A stretch of DNA of 64,000 nucleotides from Acetobacteraceae bacterium (GTDB lineage: Bacteria > Pseudomonadota > Alphaproteobacteria > Acetobacterales > Acetobacteraceae): positions 2,042,590-2,106,589 of the forward strand of contig OZ241182.1 in the NCBI GenBank assembly GCA_965199595.1. The letters are read 5' to 3'. Made by a program: the position numbers and the translations under genes. This document shows positions 58,701-64,000 of this stretch, piece by piece (position 1 is the stretch's first letter; every line of letters starts with the position of its first letter). The notes beneath the pieces were generated by a model. It was given only the letters and a program-made list of their open reading frames with translations, was not told the origin of the DNA and did no database searches.

Positions 58701-59861
58701 GGCCGTGTTCGACGTGGCGGAGATCCCGCCATTGCCCGCGGCGAACACGGCCTTGATCCGCGGATCGCGGCGTGCCGCTGCAACCAGCACCTCCTGCACA
58801 TGCGGCAGCGTGGATGCGTCGTCCGACAGGCAGAGCTGCCAGTTCGGATAGGTCTGCGCACAGACAGACTCGAGGCATTCCAGCAGGGCCGGCAGATCGG
58901 TGTTGTACACCGGCACGATGACCGAGATCAGCGGCTGCGGCCCATCCTCGGGCCCAGGCGGCGTGCGCAGCGCCATGGCCCGGCTCAGGTGCGTCTGCTC
59001 GGCGGCGGCCCAGTCCGCACCAGCCCAGCGGCGGCCCTCCGCGGCTCCATACAGCAGGAAATGCGAGTAGCCGCTCGGCTGGAGACCGACGCCGATATAG
59101 GGCGCGAGATCGGAGTTGTGCCGCAGATAGACGTTTTCGACCCACCCTGCGATCCGGGGACGGAGCCCGCGCAGATCCTCTGCTACGCCGTTGGTGACCC
59201 AGTGGCGAAGACCAGGTTGGGGCCGCCCATCATCTGCAACATCGACATTGGTGGCGCGATAGATGGCCTCAGCGAAGGCCGGGCTGGCGCCAAGCGCGGG
59301 CGGGGCGCGTCGTACCGGCAGATCCAGCAACGGCGCCACATCGGCCGGGTTCACCAGGCGCCCCTCGGTGCGGCCCAGCTTCAGGAAGTGGAACAGCCCG
59401 TTCGGCAGGTGGCGGGCCCTGACCACCTCAAGCACGTCCGGGTTGCGGCCCAGGTAGACGAGTTCGTTGAAGCTGGCGTTCGGGCTGCGGAACTCGTTGA
59501 TCCCCAGCAGCAGGAAGTGCTGATAGCCGCACCGCCAGTGCCCGGCGTCGATCGCAAGCAGCACGTCGGGATAGGTCTGACGATAGAACGATTCGCTGAA
59601 CCACGGAGTCGGTTCGAGCGCCTGGTCCACGCCGATGGTCAGATAGTGTTTGAGACTTGCGGCGGCACCGCGGCTGCGCGGCGGCAGTTTTTGCGCTGCG
59701 GCATAGGCATCCGCATCGAACACCAGCCCCGCGGACCCGGCGTCTGCACCGAACGCGAGCAATGCCTGGACATTCGCGGACTGCTCAGCACCGGCCCTGT
59801 CGTCCACAGCGGAGCGCCACGCGACGAATGTCTGCAGCAATGTATCCAAGACACTCATCAT
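55707..59861 (-). CDS. Giant multi-domain glycosyltransferase: five N-terminal ~40-aa repeats, three GT2 (GT-A) modules and a degenerate fourth GT-like module
   Basis: GT2 signatures: ISVIVPVYN...DDAS...LLDHDD; VSIVIPTAG...LLNDD...QHAG; FSFIMSVFQ...VDDGS...IDADD. ATG doublet 59861 with AAGAGG SD is preferred over ORF-track 59939. Confidence 0.85.
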   Translation of the reverse strand: MMSVLDTLLQTFVAWRSAVDDRAGAEQSANVQALLAFGADAGSAGLVFDADAYAAAQKLPPRSRGAAASLKHYLTIGVDQALEPTPWFSESFYRQTYPDVLLAIDAGHWRCGYQHFLLLGINEFRSPNASFNELVYLGRNPDVLEVVRARHLPNGLFHFLKLGRTEGRLVNPADVAPLLDLPVRRAPPALGASPAFAEAIYRATNVDVADDGRPQPGLRHWVTNGVAEDLRGLRPRIAGWVENVYLRHNSDLAPYIGVGLQPSGYSHFLLYGAAEGRRWAGADWAAAEQTHLSRAMALRTPPGPEDGPQPLISVIVPVYNTDLPALLECLESVCAQTYPNWQLCLSDDASTLPHVQEVLVAAARRDPRIKAVFAAGNGGISATSNTALRETDGEFVALLDHDDILAPDALLHVAAAFRSAADVDVVYTDEGKLTEDGRLTSLTPKPGWSPELLLSTMYIGHLTAYRRSVIDQVGGFRSVFDGTQDYDLALRVSEIARRVVHVPLPLYLWRMSPASTAGSIGAKPGVLGLQRRAIESALVRRGQPGSVRPGHGAGHWTVVLDPPPGEPLVSIVIPTAGRTGVIGGTEIDLVVNCIQSLHRSESYSNYEIVVVHNGDLTPSTLLHLGNYPHVRFVHYTGTPFNLSDKINLGVREAAGDHVLLLNDDMQAESPDIIRSMLGRMFAGVGIVGGRLLYANGTLQHAGVVWSAEGPTHAMIGEHRLTAGPAERLRVMHNVLAVSGACMFFRRDVYFRCGGFSPRLAVNYNDVDLCLNVQAQGLRIVFNPDVTLFHFESLSKAGTHFWELQLLALSHPGLRDPFWNPTFSQQSPFFELRDPARPAPPSYRAWLLDRIIRRQAGLTTARTVRFSFIMSVFQNKKDQMRALAETIARQTYDNWEWVIVDDGSTLPETLEWLAEIQTDPRVQFIRLATNQGIMAGYGAAFRAATGDYVVPIDADDFLTLDCLHVLATAIERTSGPDVVYSDEDKGTESGDTHSPFLKPDWDPVLFSNICYVCHVCAVKRSAAAEVGAYTDLAAAWCHDWDTLLRLKRGHARIEHVPEVLYHWRIHQGSTASMATGTKPYTIDSQKHVLQQDLQLTGADAWFEVVQNELFPHNGIWRLKPLPETVPRSMLLVMASDLPGRTMRLLGDVASVPRPAECVVMVVGGADGNCDLEAMLPEVKRALWADAGVRWCATLAEAAGEAAEQDRIVVVVDAAVERLSRNCLTEGLGMFAIGADVGAVGGQVLLPDGRVAWRGGYAGFGGAAGAPEYGRAQSDSGYHGMGWCQRTCDAVPSVCFFVRPALLQQALEAAPDQASALRHLVGQVAMAAATAGQRVLYTPFVQAWLDRALAVSPILPADAMLDGSRFYPGVFGNTVATAYVPNKPAA

Positions 59862-60011
59862 TCGCCTCTTTCGTCCGCGGTGTGACCGCCGGGGGTTCAT
59901 ACCGAAGTGAAACGCCAGGCGCGTTCGCAGCACAACCATTGCAGAACGGCGGCAAGCTCATTGGGACACCGGGAGAGGCCGGGTGACAGTGCATCGGCGC
60001 TGAGGCCGGCC

Positions 60012-60088
60012 TGGTCGGAGCGGCCGGATTCGAACCGACGACCCTCAGTCCCCCAGACTGATGCGCTACCAGACTGCGCTACGCTCCG
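60012..60088 (-). tRNA. tRNA-Pro (anticodon GGG), 77 nt with encoded CCA
   Basis: Hand-folded cloverleaf: acceptor CGGAGCG/CGCTCCG, anticodon stem TCAGT/ACTGA with loop CTGGGGG, T-arm GTCGG-TTCGAAT-CCGGC, 3' ACCA. Confidence 0.9.
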
Positions 60089-60156
60089 ACCGTTCGTGCG
60101 GTGTAGCAGGACCCGCTTTGCGCTGCAATCGGCGGTGTCACGAACAGCCGGAGGCT

Positions 60157-60663
60157 TTACGGCAGCAGCCGACGCAGGGCGACGAGTTCATCCAGCGCTT
60201 CCGCCAGCAGGGCACGCATTTCATCGGCGTGCCCCGGATCGGCTGGCGCGGGCGGCACCTCGATGAGCTGGGCCTCCGCCTCGGGCGGCAGGCTGGCCCT
60301 CTCCGCCTCGGCCGCCGCGCGCTCGGCCGCCGGGGCCGGCGGGATATCATCAGACAACATGCCGCCGCCTTCACGAAGCAGACGCTGCACGCCCTTGATG
60401 GTGTAGCCTTGAATATACAGGAGATCCGAAACCCGGCGGAGCAGCTGGATGTCATCCGGACGATAATACCGCCGTCCACCGCCCCGCTTCAGCGGCTTCA
60501 CCTGCGGGAACTTCGTCTCCCAGAACCGCAGCACGTGCTGCGGAATATGCAACTCGTCAGCGACTTCGCTGATGGTGCGAAAGGCATTCGGCGCCTTCTT
60601 GGAGCGAGCACGCGCCCCGGCGGACAGATCATCTTCGGGGATCAAGTCCGGTGCCTCGCTCAT
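60157..60663 (-). CDS. MerR-family transcriptional regulator (conserved partner of ihfA in Alphaproteobacteria)
   Basis: [40 protein letters not shown]; ATGA overlap with the ihfA stop. Confidence 0.85.
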   Translation of the reverse strand: MSEAPDLIPEDDLSAGARARSKKAPNAFRTISEVADELHIPQHVLRFWETKFPQVKPLKRGGGRRYYRPDDIQLLRRVSDLLYIQGYTIKGVQRLLREGGGMLSDDIPPAPAAERAAAEAERASLPPEAEAQLIEVPPAPADPGHADEMRALLAEALDELVALRRLLP

Positions 60664-60971
60664 TCGTCATCCGTGGCCGGAATCGCGAGCCCGTTGACCT
60701 GGGCTTTCAGCACCTGGCTGGGACGAAACGTCAGCACGCGCCGCGGCAGGATCGGCACCTCAACCCCGGTTTTGGGGTTGCGGCCGATCCGACGTCCCTT
60801 CTGCCGGACCGAGAAGGTGCCGAACCCGCTCACCTTCACCGACTCGCCGGCTTCCAGGGCCGTCGACATCCGCTCCAGAACCGTTTCCAGAAGCTCCGCC
60901 GAATCGTTCCGGGACAGTCCGACCTGGGAATAGATCGTCTCGGCCAGTTGGGCGCGTGTCACCGTTGTCAT
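60660..60971 (-). CDS. ihfA: Integration host factor alpha subunit
   Basis: [41 protein letters not shown]. Confidence 0.95.
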   Translation of the reverse strand: MTTVTRAQLAETIYSQVGLSRNDSAELLETVLERMSTALEAGESVKVSGFGTFSVRQKGRRIGRNPKTGVEVPILPRRVLTFRPSQVLKAQVNGLAIPATDDE

Positions 60972-61076
60972 GGCGTCAGGCTAAGCAGCCGCCTGATGAG
61001 GGTCAAGCAAACCGCTTGATCTGAAACAACTTCTCCAGCACTGTTGCTCTAGAGAGACAGCGTGTCCCGGCGGCCA

Positions 61077-62042
61077 TCACATGCGAACGAGTGCAGAACC
61101 CCAGGTCATGCCGCCGCCCAGCGCTTCCATCAGCACCAGGTCGCCACGCTTGATGCGTCCATCGCCGTAAGCCTCCGCCAAAGCCAGCGGGATCGAGGCA
61201 GCCGAGGTGTTCGCATGGCGGTCCACCGTGATCACCACCCGTTCCGCCGCAAGGCCGAGCTTCTTGCCCATCGCCTCGATGATCCGCCGATTCGCCTGGT
61301 GCGGCACCAGCCAGTCCACATCGGCATGCACCAGCCCATTGGCGCGCAGCGCCTCATCCACCGCGGCCGCCAGCTTGCTCACGGCGTGGCGGAACACCTC
61401 CCGCCCATTCATCACCAGGTGGCCCGGCCTGTCCGTGCGCCCCACCGCACCATCCACATACAACAGGTCGCCCAGCGAGCCCTGCGCATGCAGGTGCGTG
61501 GACAGCACGCCGCGCTCCTCATCGCTGCTTGCCCGCAGGAACACCGCGCCGGCCCCATCACCGAACAGCACGCAAGTGCCGCGGTCCGACCAGTTCAGGA
61601 TGCGCGAATAGACCTCAGACCCGATCACCAGAACGCCCCGCACCTGGCCGCTGCGGATCATCCCGTCCGCTATCGAGAGCGCATAGACGAAGCCACTGCA
61701 GGCGGCTGAGATATCGAACCCGAAGCCCTGCTCGATCTCCAGCGCCGCCTGAACCCGCAGCGCGGTGGCGGGGAACGCCTGGTCCGGTGTGCTGGTCGCG
61801 AGAATGACGGCGTCGACATCGCCGGGCCCGCCACCAGCATCGGCCAGTGCGCGCCGGGCCGCCTCAGTGCCCATGGAGGCGCAGGTCTCGTGCGGGCCAA
61901 CCAGGTGCCGCTGCTTGATGCCGGTGCGTTCCTGGATCCAGGCGTCCGAGGTGTCCACGCGGGCGGACAGCTCCTCGTTCGTCACCACCCGCTCCGGCAG
62001 GTAGGCGCCGATCCCGGCCAGCACCGCGCGCGGCATGGTCAA
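61077..62042 (-). CDS. fabH: Beta-ketoacyl-ACP synthase III
   Basis: AACSGF (Cys), VPHQAN (His), GGGMTWG; overlaps plsX. Confidence 0.95.
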   Translation of the reverse strand: MTMPRAVLAGIGAYLPERVVTNEELSARVDTSDAWIQERTGIKQRHLVGPHETCASMGTEAARRALADAGGGPGDVDAVILATSTPDQAFPATALRVQAALEIEQGFGFDISAACSGFVYALSIADGMIRSGQVRGVLVIGSEVYSRILNWSDRGTCVLFGDGAGAVFLRASSDEERGVLSTHLHAQGSLGDLLYVDGAVGRTDRPGHLVMNGREVFRHAVSKLAAAVDEALRANGLVHADVDWLVPHQANRRIIEAMGKKLGLAAERVVITVDRHANTSAASIPLALAEAYGDGRIKRGDLVLMEALGGGMTWGSALVRM

Positions 62043-63082
62043 GCCGAGGCCACCAGGCCGGGCGTGTCCAGCCGGTCGATCTGCGCCATGCCCATGCGGA
62101 TTTTCTCGTTGAAACCGTGCGTCACCATGTCCATCGCCACATCCACCGCATGCGCGAAGCCTTCCGCATCGGTGCCGCCATGCGACTTCACCACCACGCC
62201 GTTCAGCCCCAGGAACACCGCCCCGTTGTAGCGGCGAGGGTCAAGCCAGAGGCGCAGCCGGTCGAGGCCGGGCCGGGCCAGCAGGTAGGCGATCTTGCCG
62301 AGCAGGCTGCCGCGGAAGATCTGGCGCAGCAGGTCGCCCACCAGCTTGAATGCCCCCTCTCCGGTCTTCAGGGCGACGTTTCCGGTGAAGCCGTCCGTCA
62401 CCACCACATCGACCGTGCCGGCCGTGATGTCGTGCCCTTCGACGAACCCGTGGAAGTTCGCTGCGACGTGACTCGCCTTCAGCACCTCGGCAGCCTGGCG
62501 CACCCGCTCAACGCCCTTCAGCTCCTCGGAGCCGACATTGAGCAGCCCGAGGGTCGGAGAAGGCAGACCCAGCACGGTGCGGGCGAACACGTCGCCCATG
62601 ATGGCGAATTCAACCAGGTTGCGGGCGTCGCACTGCACGTTGGCGCCGAGGTCCAGGATCACGACGTCACCTCTGGCCGAAGGACCGATGCCCGCCATGG
62701 CCGGCCGATCGATCCCCGGAAGTGTCTTGACGACGATCTTTGCCAGCGCGAGCAGCGCTCCGGTATTGCCGGCCGACACCACCCCGCTGGCCTCGCCGGA
62801 CGACACCGCGTCGATCGCGATGCGCATGGACGAGTCGCGCAGCCGCAGTGCGGCGGTGGGCTTCATCTCGCTGGTCACGATGGCGCCGGCATGCCGCACC
62901 GTGCAGGCCGCCTCGACCCGCTTGCGTCTCGCCAGAAGCGGCCGCAGCCGAGCCTCGTCACCCACCAGCAGAAAGCGCGCCTGTGGGTGCCGCTCGGCGG
63001 AGAGGTCAAGTCCGTCAATGACGATCTCGGGCGCACCGTCGCCACCCATCGCATCGATCGCCAGAGTATAGGGTTCGCTCAA
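62039..63082 (-). CDS. plsX: Phosphate acyltransferase PlsX
   Basis: AIDAMGGDGAPE N-terminus; rpmF-plsX-fabH order. Confidence 0.95.
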   Translation of the reverse strand: MSEPYTLAIDAMGGDGAPEIVIDGLDLSAERHPQARFLLVGDEARLRPLLARRKRVEAACTVRHAGAIVTSEMKPTAALRLRDSSMRIAIDAVSSGEASGVVSAGNTGALLALAKIVVKTLPGIDRPAMAGIGPSARGDVVILDLGANVQCDARNLVEFAIMGDVFARTVLGLPSPTLGLLNVGSEELKGVERVRQAAEVLKASHVAANFHGFVEGHDITAGTVDVVVTDGFTGNVALKTGEGAFKLVGDLLRQIFRGSLLGKIAYLLARPGLDRLRLWLDPRRYNGAVFLGLNGVVVKSHGGTDAEGFAHAVDVAMDMVTHGFNEKIRMGMAQIDRLDTPGLVASA

Positions 63083-63099
63083 ATGCTGCCTCGATCCTT

Positions 63100-63133
63100 A
63101 CGCCCGCCACACCCCGAACCGGGGGACGGGCGT
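63100..63133 (-). terminator. Nested G+C stem-loop between rpmF and plsX (attenuator/terminator candidate)
   Basis: ACGCCCG...CCCCG-aac-CGGGG...CGGGCGT read directly. Confidence 0.4.
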
Positions 63134-63150
63134 CCAGGTCATGCGGCCAA

Positions 63151-63351
63151 TCAGATGCGGACGACGCCCCGAAGCTCCCCGGCCTTGATCACCTCACGGC
63201 CATTATAATGGCCGCAATGGCTGCACACATGATGCGGGCGCTTCAGCTCACCGCAATTGGAGCAGTCGGCATGCGCCTGGGTCGGCAGCGCATCGTGCGA
63301 GCGGCGCATGCCCCGGCGGGATGGCGAGGTCTTCTTCTTTGGAACGGCCAT
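63151..63351 (-). CDS. rpmF: 50S ribosomal protein L32
   Basis: [22 protein letters not shown] and a CxxC...CxxC zinc ribbon. Confidence 0.95.
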   Translation of the reverse strand: MAVPKKKTSPSRRGMRRSHDALPTQAHADCSNCGELKRPHHVCSHCGHYNGREVIKAGELRGVVRI

Positions 63352-63483
63352 GGAATGTGCCCCTCAAGGCTATCTAACGTGCGCAACCCCGGCGGGTCAC
63401 GCCGTGGTCGCGAAGGTGGATGCAAGGCGCGCCGTCTAGCAGAGCAACGCCGCGGCTGCAAGCAAGCCGGGGCCGGCCCCGCC

Positions 63484-63999
63484 TCAATCACGCTTGCGCA
63501 GCCGCACCAGATCGGCGAACGGCGTGTCCGAGGTGTCCTCGGCAGCCGAGTCGAGCACGGCATCGGGGTGGCGCGGATAGGGGTCCAGCGACAGGGCCAG
63601 CTGTTCCGCCGCGGCCTCGCCGAAGTCGATCGTGTCGCCTTCATAGGGCAGCTCGTCCGGCGATTCGGGGTCCTCGTCGTCGCGCTCCTTGCCGGATGGC
63701 ACGAACCGAAGCTCGAAGGTCTCGTCGATGGTCTGCGCCACCGGCTCCAGCGACACCACGCAGGCCTGGGTGACAGAGGCCCGCATCTCGCCCGTGGCCA
63801 CCACGATGTCCCCACGCCGGCGCAACGTGAAGCGGCACCAGAGCGACGCAACGCCCAGGATCTGCATCCGCCGTGCCAGGGCGACACATTCGGCGGGCGA
63901 TGCCTCCACCGTCAATGCCGCGGGCAGCCGGTCCACCCGGGCGGTGCGGGAGATCTCGGGCGTCACGCCATCACCGTCTCGGCCTCGGAGAACCGCCAC
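63484..63999 (-). CDS. YceD/DUF177-family protein; the 5' end is uncertain and may extend past the window edge
   Basis: Position upstream of rpmF, acidic C-terminus DEDPESPDELPYEGDTIDFGEAAAEQLALSLDPYPR. Confidence 0.75.
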   Translation of the reverse strand: MAVLRGRDGDGVTPEISRTARVDRLPAALTVEASPAECVALARRMQILGVASLWCRFTLRRRGDIVVATGEMRASVTQACVVSLEPVAQTIDETFELRFVPSGKERDDEDPESPDELPYEGDTIDFGEAAAEQLALSLDPYPRHPDAVLDSAAEDTSDTPFADLVRLRKRD

Positions 64000-64000
64000 T

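Noticed and set aside
55700-60100. A genomic island integrated at tRNA-Pro, given that the giant GT gene lies immediately 3' of the tRNA.
   Set aside because: There is no integrase. I could see no direct repeat of the tRNA 3' end near 55700, G+C looks like the genome background, and the segment contains a single gene.

Overview
High-G+C alphaproteobacterial chromosome segment. The taxon is an inference from synteny: dusB-ntrBC-ntrYX-hfq-hflX, fused ispDF, ihfA-MerR, rpmF-plsX-fabH, and rlpA-dac-tmk-holB-metG-tatD-mazG. About two thirds of the window is ordinary housekeeping: nrdAB, the cell-wall/tmk/holB/metG block, the ntr/hfq/hflX block, ispDF, the lipid-synthesis block and one tRNA-Pro(GGG). 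The rest is transport and accessory material. It includes a GsiABCD-like peptide ABC system with iaaA, a NitT/TauT ABC system, an Opp/Dpp-like ABC system, an ABC-2 exporter, an MFS pump and metIQ. I saw no transposase, integrase, IS end, CRISPR array, prophage gene or recognisable defence system, and no complete novel multi-gene system that I can defend. The candidates most worth follow-up are these. (1) A secreted non-specific endonuclease is translationally coupled to an unassignable 86-aa cytoplasmic protein, a possible nuclease/inhibitor pair. (2) A monocistronic ~1,384-aa protein carries five N-terminal repeats, three GT2 modules and a degenerate fourth, and sits beside the tRNA. (3) Glycan and PEP-CTERM-related genes are scattered rather than clustered: a PEP-CTERM protein, a GT4 + AsnB-type amidotransferase pair, and a DUF2142-HD-lipoprotein string. 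(4) At least five decayed redox/transport genes (kef, GMC, two LLM, AKR, class II aldolase) lie at the edges of transporter operons. (5) hflX has no canonical start codon and probably starts at a CTG behind an AGGAGG inside the hfq 3' end. All calls come from reading the ORF translations and the DNA by eye. No database search, covariance model or composition statistic was run.
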